Positions 48,564 to 58,830 of a DNA stretch of 64,000 nucleotides are shown here, piece by piece (position 1 is the stretch's first letter; the number at the start of each line of letters is the position of its first letter). This stretch comes from a virus. Lineage: Duplodnaviria; Caudoviricetes. The translations under genes and the position numbers were made by a program. Where the stretch lies: IMG/VR virus record IMGVR_UViG_3300044630_004720; one strand, given 5' to 3'. The notes under the pieces are model-generated. The model saw only the letters and a list, made by a program, of their open reading frames with translations. It made no database searches and was not told where the DNA came from.

Positions 48564-49534
48564 TTAAATTCTTCTTTGTTTTTTAGATACCAATCATAGG
48601 CCATTTTTAGACCTGATTCTAATGATGTTTTAGCTTCCCAACCCAATTGGTTTTTAATTTTATTTGAGTCAATTTTTCTTGTTGGAATCATTGATGGTTT
48701 ACCTGAAATAAATTCAGTAGGTGCGTCGTATTGTGCAACACGTTTCATAATATCTAACACTTCTAAAACTGAATACACTTTATTTGAACCAATGTTGTAT
48801 ACCTCAAACATAACTTCTTCTTTTTCCATCACAACTTGTAACGCCTCAACAAAGTCTTCTATGTATAGTAAATCTCTTAGTTCAGTGCCATCACCCCAAA
48901 CAGGTATCGGATTCATTTTATCTGCAACTTTACGAATTGTTGCAGGTGTTACGTGACACTTATTGAAATCGTACTTATCGTGAGGGCCAAACAAATTCGC
49001 TGGTCTAATAACTGTACACTTCATTGTTCGTGGTAAGTATTTTGCATAGAGTTCACATTGAACTTCAGCGTAACGTTTCATCCAACCAACTGGAAAATAA
49101 ACGGGATAAGGTTCATCAAATAAGAAATCCGTTTCAACAACCGGTTCATCACCTTTTGGTGGATACACAGTGTTTGATGATATAAATATGTAATGTTTCA
49201 CACCATTTCTCCAAGCAGTATCGATAAGGAAGTTATTCATTGCTACGTTAGGTGTAACGTGAGCTAATGGGTCAACAACAGTATCCACGGCATTTGAAGT
49301 TGACGCTGCGGCGTGAAAAACAACATCCACATCTTTTGTTGCCAACATACAACCTTCGTATGTTTGTAAATCACAATGAGTATATTCAACGTTATCGTAT
49401 GTTTGTCTAACACCTCTATTGTGTAGATTTACTCTTAAATTTGTGTAACCTTCTTTAATAAGTCTTGCGGTTAAATTCTGACCCACTAAACCAGAACCAC
49501 CCGTAATTAAAATTTTTGCGTTTTTATTTATCAT
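48560..49534 (-). CDS. NAD-dependent epimerase/dehydratase (GDP-fucose synthase-like)
   Basis: ITGGSGLVG, VFHAAA, ISSNTVY, RPANLFGP, WGDG...RDLLY. Confidence 0.85.
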   Translation of the reverse strand: MINKNAKILITGGSGLVGQNLTARLIKEGYTNLRVNLHNRGVRQTYDNVEYTHCDLQTYEGCMLATKDVDVVFHAAASTSNAVDTVVDPLAHVTPNVAMNNFLIDTAWRNGVKHYIFISSNTVYPPKGDEPVVETDFLFDEPYPVYFPVGWMKRYAEVQCELYAKYLPRTMKCTVIRPANLFGPHDKYDFNKCHVTPATIRKVADKMNPIPVWGDGTELRDLLYIEDFVEALQVVMEKEEVMFEVYNIGSNKVYSVLEVLDIMKRVAQYDAPTEFISGKPSMIPTRKIDSNKIKNQLGWEAKTSLESGLKMAYDWYLKNKEEFK

Positions 49535-51294
49535 ATAAATTTAGTTTTTCCATCGAAATTATTTTCCAATTCTTTACCATATGTCGTATCAACATCAGGT
49601 TCCCATACCATCTCAACTTTTTTATTTCCCACGTATCTTGGAATTATTTTAAAGGGTCCAACACTAATGAAATTTATGTATGTAAACCTTTTAAAATCAT
49701 TTTTAACAGCCTCAACTGCGTGATTCACATTATTTTTAGAAAAATCAAGAATCGCAAAATTCACGTCAACAGGAACAACTTCGTCATAGTTACCTTTATC
49801 TTGCAATATTAACTTTCCGCCACCATCAATATATTCTTTTTCAGGTGTTAAGTAAATCAATACCACACAATATCTTGTAGGATTTTGCCCATCGATGTGT
49901 GACTCAATAAAATCACCATTTTCATATATTGTGATACCATCATCATTGTGTGTGTTCCATTCTTTCAAATCAGGGTAAAGTTTATATAGGAATCTTTGAA
50001 TTTTTTCCCTAAAGTATTCTAAAAATTCCAACCACTCCCCACTTTTATAATTCAATTCCCACCAATGCTGTATAGTTTCCCAACCATTATCCGATATGAA
50101 TTGTCTTCTCTCCTCAATTTCTTCCTGAGTCTCTAAACTCCTTTTAAAGTTTAAAATTTCTTCATCTGTAACGGTATTAGGAACTCTATATTCATATCTG
50201 TATGAGTAATATTTTTTATCTTCAGATAATTTAAAAATTTTATCACAAATTTCTTTGTGTTTTTCCCATTCGTCTTTTCTTATGAACTCACTAACTTTTC
50301 CAACATAGTATCCCTTTTCAAAAAATTCATTCAAATCAACATTCAATGGGTTCTCACCATAATGTCTTGTATAAAATTCATAGGTTAACCTCAATCCCTC
50401 CTTAAAACTATGTTTTGGTAATAATGCATAACCAGTTTGTCTATGTACAGACATTTTTCTATGCATATCACCATTTGGTTTCGTCTTATCCCATTCGATT
50501 GATAATTTCTTACCACTCACCTCAATTATATTTTTAATCATTGATTCTATAGTAATAGACTCACCAGAACCAACGTTAACAACATCGGCGATTTGTCTTC
50601 TATAAGATTCTAACACCGCGGTTGCAACATCTTTAGCATACACAAAATCTCTTTGAGGTGTTCCATCACCCCAAGCAATTATAGTGTCACCATCTTTCGC
50701 CTCACATACCTTTTTTATGGTACTCGCAATTACAGTACCATTACCACTAAAATCATCGTACTCACCAAAAATATTAGCCGGTCTAATTATAGTGAATTTT
50801 CTATAATTGTATTGTTTTTTATATGCACCTAACAAAAGTTCACCCATTCTTTTCGACCAAGAAGGAAACCAATCGTTTTCAGATGGTAATGTTTTCCAAA
50901 CATCATCTTCGTAAAATGTTTCCGCAGGAGCATATACACCAACAGAACTTAGAAACACTAACCAAACATTATTTTTTGCGCACTGATGAATAATTTCTGT
51001 ATTAATTTTAAATGAAGGATATAAGAAATCAACAGGTTGTTGTTTTGCTTTAAGTGGTGAACCCTTTACACCAAAACAATTAAATACCGCATCTGGTCTC
51101 TCCTCCTCAAATATTTCTTTAATTAATGATTCAACCATTAAGTCTACATTTAAAAACTTAAAGTATTCAGATTCAGGTAAATCATCTGATTTTTTTATAT
51201 CTACGCCGATAACATAGTCGCCTCTTTCCAAAGTTTCTTTAACAAGATGTACTCCGACTAAACCTGAACATCCGGTAATTAATATTTTTTTCAT
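49531..51294 (-). CDS. NAD-dependent epimerase fused to a 2OG-Fe(II) oxygenase domain
   Basis: N-term ITGCSGLVG, RPANIFG, WGDG.PQRDF; C-term HID..VLIYL..GGKL..NHAV..KRF. Confidence 0.8.
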   Translation of the reverse strand: MKKILITGCSGLVGVHLVKETLERGDYVIGVDIKKSDDLPESEYFKFLNVDLMVESLIKEIFEEERPDAVFNCFGVKGSPLKAKQQPVDFLYPSFKINTEIIHQCAKNNVWLVFLSSVGVYAPAETFYEDDVWKTLPSENDWFPSWSKRMGELLLGAYKKQYNYRKFTIIRPANIFGEYDDFSGNGTVIASTIKKVCEAKDGDTIIAWGDGTPQRDFVYAKDVATAVLESYRRQIADVVNVGSGESITIESMIKNIIEVSGKKLSIEWDKTKPNGDMHRKMSVHRQTGYALLPKHSFKEGLRLTYEFYTRHYGENPLNVDLNEFFEKGYYVGKVSEFIRKDEWEKHKEICDKIFKLSEDKKYYSYRYEYRVPNTVTDEEILNFKRSLETQEEIEERRQFISDNGWETIQHWWELNYKSGEWLEFLEYFREKIQRFLYKLYPDLKEWNTHNDDGITIYENGDFIESHIDGQNPTRYCVVLIYLTPEKEYIDGGGKLILQDKGNYDEVVPVDVNFAILDFSKNNVNHAVEAVKNDFKRFTYINFISVGPFKIIPRYVGNKKVEMVWEPDVDTTYGKELENNFDGKTKFI

Positions 51295-51295
51295 T

Positions 51296-52570
51296 TTATC
51301 TTTTTATAAGTGATGCAAAGAACTGAGCATCGTCAGTGTTATTTAGTAAGCTAATTAATCTATTTTCATTCTCTAAAAATCTATCTTCTAATTCAGGATA
51401 GATTTTCATAATACTCTGTTTATTTTTATATAATCTTTTTATTTCTTCGAATAATTTAAAGAGTCTTTTTCTATCATCACTTTCACTATCATAAGAATGG
51501 TCAATGACATCTTCAAATAAATCAAAACCATATACGTCTTTGGTTATTTTTGCGTGATTTGCACTGGCAACATATAATGGAAATTGATGAAAAAAGAATG
51601 GTTTGAATGTCTTTTCACTCAAGTGGACAACATCTCTTCTACTAAAACAAGATTCGGTTGTTATGTTGATATAACTATTTTGATACGTCTGTTTATCATA
51701 AACCTGATTCCATTCAATGTGCATAGGTTCTTGATTCACGTGACACCTCCAATCCCTATCAAACCAATCTAACCATTCTTCATATCTACTTTTTTTAATG
51801 TCAATCTCCTCAAAAAAATCAATATCAGATTTCATTTTTTTAATTTCACTTTCAGTAAAAATGAACCTATAAAAATTATTAATGTTTGAATATTTCATCT
51901 CATCTTTATGGTTCCACCCCATAACCAAAGACCAATCAACCTCCTGAAGTAATTTATTTTTCCGTAATAAAACCAACAATGCGTACCGATGTAGTTTTGG
52001 TGTTCTATTATGACACATAAAGAAATTCGATTCCTTTTCTGGTTTGAAATCAATTGAATGTAAATCCAATTCTCTAGCAACTTTTATCGGTAAAAATTTT
52101 ACAGTATGGAAATTTAAAGATAATTTGTTTCTTTTCTTGTATTCAGATAAATTGTAATTGTTATTAATTACATAAAACCTGTCGGGTTCTAAACCTAAAG
52201 AAATTATTTTTTTATTTAATAATATTATAGTTTCTTCAGTTTCTATTTCGTGTTCATTAATGAATATAACAAATAGGTTTTTGTTATCTTTCATTGATTT
52301 AATTACAGTTTCAGGTAGAGGTATTTCGTTTCTCGCCTTTAATGCCCACCCTAATTCGTGAATATGTCCAATAACATAATAGAAATTCTCATCGGGGTGT
52401 TTACCAACGTCAGTAAGTCTAAACTTTTTGAAATTTTTAAAATTAAAAAATTGTAAAAGTCCATCAAACCTTCTAAATGAGTTTTGCCCAAATTGTTTTT
52501 CACAATTTATATTTGGCTCTAAATCTTTATCAGGCCAATTATCATAAACTAAATTTAAAAAATTACCCAT
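51296..52570 (-). CDS. Putative glycosyltransferase, GT10-like C-terminal motif (paralogue)
   Basis: FMCHNRTPKLHR, INITTE..HLSEKTFKP; start MGNFL at 52570 preferred. Confidence 0.5.
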   Translation of the reverse strand: MGNFLNLVYDNWPDKDLEPNINCEKQFGQNSFRRFDGLLQFFNFKNFKKFRLTDVGKHPDENFYYVIGHIHELGWALKARNEIPLPETVIKSMKDNKNLFVIFINEHEIETEETIILLNKKIISLGLEPDRFYVINNNYNLSEYKKRNKLSLNFHTVKFLPIKVARELDLHSIDFKPEKESNFFMCHNRTPKLHRYALLVLLRKNKLLQEVDWSLVMGWNHKDEMKYSNINNFYRFIFTESEIKKMKSDIDFFEEIDIKKSRYEEWLDWFDRDWRCHVNQEPMHIEWNQVYDKQTYQNSYINITTESCFSRRDVVHLSEKTFKPFFFHQFPLYVASANHAKITKDVYGFDLFEDVIDHSYDSESDDRKRLFKLFEEIKRLYKNKQSIMKIYPELEDRFLENENRLISLLNNTDDAQFFASLIKR

Positions 52571-53184
52571 TTCCCTGTTCCGTAGTGCGGCCACTGCTTA
52601 TTATAATTATACCAAATCACATCCTGAGGTGGTTCGGATTTTACTTCCCAAGTCTCAACTGTCGGTGTGTTTGTAGATACACCATTATCCTCAACAACAA
52701 ATACAATCGGCAAATCAAAATTCTTTGCATACTTATAATTTTCCATAAAAGTACCAGTCTCAAACGCCATATCACCAACAAAACACCACACCTTATCTTT
52801 ACTACCTTCTTGTTTTAACGCCATAGCAACTCCAACGGCAATTGGAATAGCACCACCAACTATTGCAGTTGAATAAAACTTTTCTTTTTTATTAACAATA
52901 GTGATTGACCTACCAGCTAAAATTTCATCTTCTAACCATTCAGACGGTACCCCTTTAAGTAATGCGTGATAGTGAGACCTCCAAGTGGAAAAAACCCAAT
53001 CACTCTTTTTAACTCGTTTAAAAATTTCTATTAGTTGTTCTTCATTTCCTCCACTTAAATGTATTGGACCCCTTACCCTTCCTGCTTCCCAATGGTCTGC
53101 CATTTTTCTCTCAAATCCAATTAATCCGTGTTTATCCCATAATGGTTTACTTATCACAGGATATTGTTCTAAATTTTTTATCAT
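52555..53184 (-). CDS. TPP-dependent enzyme alpha subunit (PDH E1-alpha-like, short)
   Basis: HLSGGNE, STWRSHYH, AIVGG, FVGD..ETG..E..N TPP motif, VVEDNG. Confidence 0.85.
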   Translation of the reverse strand: MIKNLEQYPVISKPLWDKHGLIGFERKMADHWEAGRVRGPIHLSGGNEEQLIEIFKRVKKSDWVFSTWRSHYHALLKGVPSEWLEDEILAGRSITIVNKKEKFYSTAIVGGAIPIAVGVAMALKQEGSKDKVWCFVGDMAFETGTFMENYKYAKNFDLPIVFVVEDNGVSTNTPTVETWEVKSEPPQDVIWYNYNKQWPHYGTGKWVIF

Positions 53185-53726
53185 TTATCTCTTTTTTGTA
53201 ATATTGGGTTATTTGTTGGCCATTCCATTTGATATTCTGGGTCATTCCATTTAACAACTCCTTGTTCATTTGCATCGACATAACCATCTTTATAAAATAA
53301 GTTATAATGGAATATACAATCAGTTAATGCGAAATGTCCATTTGCAAATCCTGGCGGAACCAACACTTGATTTCTATCTTTTTCAGTTATCATAAATGAT
53401 TCCCACTCACCAAATGTTGGTGATTTTTCTCTCATATCTAAAACAACTAAATAAATGTCACCAACGGCAGCTTGAACCAATTTCCAAGTTTTGTTATCAT
53501 AATGTAATCCTCTTAATACTCCCTTATATGATTTTGAAAATCTACCGTGAATACTAATTTCAGATTTTTCATAATGAATGTGCCTCATCACCGGATGTTC
53601 TTCACTATGAAAAGTTGTGAATATTTCACCCCTATATTCTCTATAAATTGAAGGTGTGAAAATAGGTACTTGATACCCGAATTTTTTTGATGGAGTTTCT
53701 TTGAACTCATCCCATTTATTACTCAT
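53181..53726 (-). CDS. rmlC: dTDP-4-dehydrorhamnose 3,5-epimerase family
   Basis: RGEIF, S.KGVLRGLHY, KLV..G.IY.V.LD.R..SPTFG.W, PPGFANG, WND. Confidence 0.88.
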   Translation of the reverse strand: MSNKWDEFKETPSKKFGYQVPIFTPSIYREYRGEIFTTFHSEEHPVMRHIHYEKSEISIHGRFSKSYKGVLRGLHYDNKTWKLVQAAVGDIYLVVLDMREKSPTFGEWESFMITEKDRNQVLVPPGFANGHFALTDCIFHYNLFYKDGYVDANEQGVVKWNDPEYQMEWPTNNPILQKRDK

Positions 53727-53727
53727 A

Positions 53728-54696
53728 CTATGTCTGATTTGCATAACCTAATGGAAAACCGTTTCTAAACTCTGAAGTCATTTTAGGTATCAACACCTGA
53801 TATGTTTTCATTAATTCTTTAATTCCATCATCTAATGACCAATTTGGTCTCCAACCCGTATTCTCAATCTTTTCGTTTGATACGATATAGTCTCGTTTAT
53901 CGGGGTCTTCATAATAATCAGAATATGTGATTGCAAAATCAGGTACATACAATTGTATTTTTTCTAACAATTCTTGTTTACTTAAATTTGCATCACTTAA
54001 TCCAACATTATATACATTCTCTTTCATTCTATCATAGTTATCCAACGCAAATGTGAATACATCACCAACATCTTGAATATGAATGAAATTTCTTTTAAAA
54101 TGTTTCTCAAATACAACAATGTATTTGTCCGTCATTGCTTTATAAACAAATTCATTAACTAATAAATCAGTTCTCATCCTCGGTGATGAACCAAATACCG
54201 TTGCCAATCTGAAGCAAATAGCGTTAGTATAATTAAGAAGTTTCTTTTCGGCTGCACACTTTGTTTCACCATATACCGATATCGGATTTAATGGTGATTC
54301 CTCGGTACAGAACTTATCATCCTTACCAATACCATAACCACTATTAGTGTTAGGGTATATAATGTATTGATTAGGACTAAGATAATCCATCAAGTTAGTT
54401 ATTTGAACATAGTTAATCTGATTTGCTAATTCAGGGTCTTTCTTACAAGCGGGAAACCCCACAATTGCCGCTAATGGAATTATCACATCGTGAGATTTCA
54501 CTTCCCTCTCTAATAATTTTGTGTTTCTAACATCACCATAGATGAAATTATAATTTGGGTTATAAGTAAATTGTAACGGGGATATTTGATTAAAAACCAA
54601 ATTATCAATGACAGTTACCTTATGACCTAAATCTAAAAATTTTTTGGTTATAACGGAACCTAAATAACCCGCACCACCTGTTATCAATATCTTCAT
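53728..54696 (-). CDS. NAD-dependent epimerase/dehydratase
   Basis: ITGGAGYLG, PLAAIVG, YGETK, FRLATVFG; ATG 54696. Confidence 0.88.
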   Translation of the reverse strand: MKILITGGAGYLGSVITKKFLDLGHKVTVIDNLVFNQISPLQFTYNPNYNFIYGDVRNTKLLEREVKSHDVIIPLAAIVGFPACKKDPELANQINYVQITNLMDYLSPNQYIIYPNTNSGYGIGKDDKFCTEESPLNPISVYGETKCAAEKKLLNYTNAICFRLATVFGSSPRMRTDLLVNEFVYKAMTDKYIVVFEKHFKRNFIHIQDVGDVFTFALDNYDRMKENVYNVGLSDANLSKQELLEKIQLYVPDFAITYSDYYEDPDKRDYIVSNEKIENTGWRPNWSLDDGIKELMKTYQVLIPKMTSEFRNGFPLGYANQT

Positions 54697-54749
54697 ATAA
54701 ACGTTGTAATTCACTTTAAATTTAAATAAAAATTTTCTATATTTAAACA

Positions 54750-56021
54750 GTGAACGAAAAAATTATTTGTAGTTTAGAAGATTGGGATAGTATTCTAAAT
54801 TATTGGAGACCAAACGGTTCTTCAAAGACTTGGTACATCAAAGAAATGAAAAAACTTTCCATACCACATATGTGGGGGGAATGGAATGTTTACACCGAAC
54901 AAGGAGAAATGTTCGAAGAGGGTCATTTGAGTAATGCAATAACCCCAATGCATAGTAGTTTAGTAAAATACACACCAAAAGACGAGATAGGGGATTCTAA
55001 ACACATATACATCATAAACGTTTATACTCACGATTTTTTCACACATAATTCACATATTGGATTAAAGTGTATATCTCCAGAATATGTCGAAGATATTAAA
55101 TGCGGTAAAGCAAAGATTTTAATGTTCTTTATATATGAAGGTTATTCAGGTATTTGGGGTAATAGTGATTTTGAGATGATTGAGAGATGGAGAAATGAAA
55201 TGGGATTTCCAGTTAACTCCATTTATTATGTTTGTGGTAATCTATTATCTGAAAAAATTGTAAAGGAGAGAGGTTTTGGATATAAGGCAAGAGGTATTCA
55301 CTATTTTGAACCTTGGAACCAATACAAAGGACCAATGGTGGGATTTACCCCACAACCCGAAAAGTATTTGTTCTTGTCATATAACAGACAACCAAGACAC
55401 CATAGAATTAGATTTATGATTGATTTGTATGAAAGAAATTTAATTAATGATGGTTTAATTAGTTTAAATAAAATTGATAGGATTCCATATAGAGTGGGTC
55501 CCAACACTGAACTTTTTTTCCAAGAGAACACACCGCTAATTATTGATAGTTTACCCGAATTGAGGTATAATTTAGCTTGTAACATTACCACAGAAGACTT
55601 TGAAAGGACATTTGTTTCCGTTGTAACTGAAACATTGGTTGATGACGGAACACTATTCTTTTCTGAAAAAATTTGGAAACCGATTATGGTTGGACATCCA
55701 TTTATGATATATGGTAATAAGGGTTCATTAAGTTATTTAAAATCAATTGGTTATAAAACATTTGATAGATGGTGGGATGAATCATATGATGATGAACCTG
55801 ACAAAGACAGAAGAAGTATTATGATTGCAAATGAGTTGTTGAAACTGAAAACAAAGTCAATTGATGAATTAAAAGTAATTAGAAATGAAATGTTGGAAGT
55901 TATAAATCACAATAAAGAAAACTATAACAAAGTCTACCAAGAAAAATATAGTGAAGGAGACCAGTCATCTACAATAAGGGAGGTATTGTTAGAAATGTGG
56001 CAGGAATTAAAGAACGATTAA
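54750..56021 (+). CDS. Putative glycosyltransferase, GT10-like C-terminal motif (paralogue 3)
   Basis: FLSYNRQPRHHR, VSVVTET..FFSEKIWKP..HPF..G..GYKTFDRWWDESYD. Confidence 0.5.
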   Translation: MNEKIICSLEDWDSILNYWRPNGSSKTWYIKEMKKLSIPHMWGEWNVYTEQGEMFEEGHLSNAITPMHSSLVKYTPKDEIGDSKHIYIINVYTHDFFTHNSHIGLKCISPEYVEDIKCGKAKILMFFIYEGYSGIWGNSDFEMIERWRNEMGFPVNSIYYVCGNLLSEKIVKERGFGYKARGIHYFEPWNQYKGPMVGFTPQPEKYLFLSYNRQPRHHRIRFMIDLYERNLINDGLISLNKIDRIPYRVGPNTELFFQENTPLIIDSLPELRYNLACNITTEDFERTFVSVVTETLVDDGTLFFSEKIWKPIMVGHPFMIYGNKGSLSYLKSIGYKTFDRWWDESYDDEPDKDRRSIMIANELLKLKTKSIDELKVIRNEMLEVINHNKENYNKVYQEKYSEGDQSSTIREVLLEMWQELKND

Positions 56022-56022
56022 T

Positions 56023-57060
56023 ATGAAGATTATACACACATATCAAAATACAGATAATGGTGGACCTTTAACAAGAAGTACTTTCTATTATATGACTCTT
56101 TCTGCGTTACTGGCAAAAAGACACTACGGATACGTTGTTCTTTATACCAATAATGAGATAGCTGAGATGGTTAGAAAAATAGGTATTCCGTATGATGAGA
56201 TTAACACTGATTTATTAAATGAAGTTAGGGTTAAAACATTTTCGATTCCTAAAATGATGGTGTATACGGTACAAGAAGAACCTTTCATCCATATTGATTT
56301 GGATTCCTTTATTTTTAAATCTATTGATTTTCCTAAGACAGATTTAATCTATTCAACATACGCTGAAGGGGATGGAGATGTTTTAAATTTTGACACAAGT
56401 AATTCCGCGTTTTATAACACATACATCAAACGAACTTTTGAAATTCAAAATAAACTACCAAAAGAGTTTTTAAAATTTGTTAAGTTTAACAAAATACCTA
56501 ATATGTCAATTTTTGGTGGTAGCAATTATAAATTGATTAAAGAAGCCACCGAATATTGTTTAAACATATATAAAGAAACTCCGAGTTTATTTGATAACAA
56601 TTATTATAATGCTTGTGTAATCGAACAGTTATTCATTCCGTCTGCTATTAGAATGATATTGAACAATGTGAATCACGAATCGTTTAGATTTCTATTTAAA
56701 GGAAATCCGTCATTTGTTGATTTTGTACCTGGCAATGATTGGGAATATCCATTTACCATAAGGTCCCAAAATGACAAGATTAAAATTGAGGACAATGAGA
56801 TTCTTTTTAAACACGTTATGTACGATTTTAATGGTTTTCTCCATTTGAATGGGTATAAAACGATGGAAGAACTTGTATTCTTGTTGAGACAAAGGATAAT
56901 TGAAGATTTTGATGGTACAAAATATATAAAAGTTATTGATGAATATTTCCCTAAAAAGACTAAAGCGGATAAACTAATGATACTTTATCAAAGAAGGTTA
57001 AAATACTTTTCGGATAACATAACAACATTGATAACTAATAACAAAAGCGACACTAACTAA
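56023..57060 (+). CDS. DUF6734-like nucleotide-diphospho-sugar transferase
   Basis: TLSALLA..HYG.V.LYT, PK..Y..Q.EPFIHIDLD, EQ. Confidence 0.6.
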   Translation: MKIIHTYQNTDNGGPLTRSTFYYMTLSALLAKRHYGYVVLYTNNEIAEMVRKIGIPYDEINTDLLNEVRVKTFSIPKMMVYTVQEEPFIHIDLDSFIFKSIDFPKTDLIYSTYAEGDGDVLNFDTSNSAFYNTYIKRTFEIQNKLPKEFLKFVKFNKIPNMSIFGGSNYKLIKEATEYCLNIYKETPSLFDNNYYNACVIEQLFIPSAIRMILNNVNHESFRFLFKGNPSFVDFVPGNDWEYPFTIRSQNDKIKIEDNEILFKHVMYDFNGFLHLNGYKTMEELVFLLRQRIIEDFDGTKYIKVIDEYFPKKTKADKLMILYQRRLKYFSDNITTLITNNKSDTN

Positions 57061-57072
57061 TACTTATTGTAG

Positions 57073-58719
57073 ATGTATACAATTGGAATTTCTGCATATT
57101 ATCACGATTCGTCCGCCTGTCTCTTCAAAGACGATAAATTACTTTTCGCCTGTGAAGAAGAGAAGTTCACTGGTATCAAACACGACAGCTCTTTTCCTAA
57201 AAAAACAATTGAATATATATTCAATCATTACAATTTAACTAAAGACGATATTGAGGCGGTTTGCTATTACGAGAACCCGAAACTTAGATTTAAACGAAAA
57301 AAATCTTTCCTCACCTCACTCCAAACAAATTTAAAAGTTTGGTGGAATCTAAGAAAAATATCAAATAATATTCATTATACACCACACCATATGTCACATA
57401 TGGCGTACTCATATCTGTCATCAAATTTTGATAAATCAGTTATAGTTTCAATTGATGGGGTAGGTGAAACCACCACGATTTCATTTGGTAAGGGTGTAGG
57501 AGGTTCGTATTTTAAGATTAAAGATATTGATTATCCACATTCATTAGGTTTATTTTATTCCGCAATGACTGCGTTTTTAGGATTTAAACCAAATGAAGGA
57601 GAGTATAAGGTTATGGGTTTAGCTGCATACGGTAACCCTGAAAAGTATAGACAAAAAGTAAAACAACTAATAAACTTCAACAACCTTACATTGACTTGTA
57701 ATTTAGAATGTTTCAATTGGAATCGTTCTAAAGATATGATGTTCACTCATAATCTGGTCGAACATTTGGGTATTGATAACAGACTACCTAACGAACCAAT
57801 TACCGAAGACCACAAAGACTTAGCAGCGTCGATACAAGAAAGATATGAGGAATTATTTTTTGAAATTATAAAAGACGCTCAAGCGTTTTTCTATTCTGAG
57901 AATTTAAGTTTAGGTGGAGGTTGTGCGTACAATGGTTGTGCAAATGGTAAAGTAATTGAAAAAGGATTATTTAAAAAATTATGGGTACCTCCCGCACCTT
58001 CAGATGCCGGTTCTTGTATTGGTAGTTGTCTTGATTATTTGGTTAATGTTAAAAAATTAAAAGTTAGAATACCACCAAATCCATTTTTGGGTCCATCATT
58101 TACCGATAATGAAATCCAATCTGTCCTAAACAAATATGGTAATAAAGTTTTTTATAGAAAACAGACCAAAGATAAATTAGTTAGCAGAACCGCACACTAC
58201 CTAAACTTAGGTTTGGTTGTAGGGTGGTTTCAAGATAATATTGAATTTGGTGCAAGAGCATTAGGTAATAGGTCAATACTTGCTAATCCGACCTTCCCTA
58301 AAATGCAAGAGAAAATTAACAAGGTGATAAAAAAACGAGAAGGGTTTAGACCATTTGCACCAATGGTTATTTTCGAACAACAAGATAAGTTTTTTGAGTC
58401 GAGAGAATTTATTCCATATATGAATCAGGTAGTTAAAGTTAGAGCTGAACATAGGGATAAATTACCTGCAGTTACTCACGTAGATGGAACTGCTAGGGTA
58501 CAGTCAGTACTTCCAAATAGTTTGATTTATCAGTTGTTAAAAGAATTTGAACAACGAAGTGGATACCCGATTTTATTAAACACTTCTTTTAATGTTAAAG
58601 ACAAAACAATGGTATTAACACCAGAGGATGCAATTCTTACATACTTAGATACCGCAATGGATATTTTAGTTATGGGAGATTATATAATTTATAAAAATGA
58701 TAAAAATAACACAAGATGA
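57073..58719 (+). CDS. O-carbamoyltransferase (NodU/CmcH family)
   Basis: YHDSSA, EEEKF..IKH, HH.SH, DG.GE, EGEYKVMGLAAYG, GGCAYN, EFGARALGNRS, RPFAP, LLNTSFN. Confidence 0.93.
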   Translation: MYTIGISAYYHDSSACLFKDDKLLFACEEEKFTGIKHDSSFPKKTIEYIFNHYNLTKDDIEAVCYYENPKLRFKRKKSFLTSLQTNLKVWWNLRKISNNIHYTPHHMSHMAYSYLSSNFDKSVIVSIDGVGETTTISFGKGVGGSYFKIKDIDYPHSLGLFYSAMTAFLGFKPNEGEYKVMGLAAYGNPEKYRQKVKQLINFNNLTLTCNLECFNWNRSKDMMFTHNLVEHLGIDNRLPNEPITEDHKDLAASIQERYEELFFEIIKDAQAFFYSENLSLGGGCAYNGCANGKVIEKGLFKKLWVPPAPSDAGSCIGSCLDYLVNVKKLKVRIPPNPFLGPSFTDNEIQSVLNKYGNKVFYRKQTKDKLVSRTAHYLNLGLVVGWFQDNIEFGARALGNRSILANPTFPKMQEKINKVIKKREGFRPFAPMVIFEQQDKFFESREFIPYMNQVVKVRAEHRDKLPAVTHVDGTARVQSVLPNSLIYQLLKEFEQRSGYPILLNTSFNVKDKTMVLTPEDAILTYLDTAMDILVMGDYIIYKNDKNNTR

Positions 58720-58829
58720 AAATTTTTAATTGGATAAAGAACAAGATAGTTCAATGGAAAAAGAAAAGGGAATTTAAAAAGAAATTAGCGGAATTGAAAA
58801 AAAGAGACCCATTTGTTTACAAGCATTAA
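58716..58829 (+). CDS. 37 aa basic peptide ending RDPFVYKH (not in track)
   Basis: MKIFNWIKNKIVQWKKKREFKKKLAELKKRDPFVYKH; ATGA overlap; fills the gap exactly. Confidence 0.65.
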   Translation: MKIFNWIKNKIVQWKKKREFKKKLAELKKRDPFVYKH

Positions 58830-58830
58830 T

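Noticed and set aside
54715-54726. Palindrome TTTAAATTTAAA at the inversion boundary as a recombination site
   Set aside because: Pure A/T, expected by chance; no matching copy seen at the other end and no recombinase
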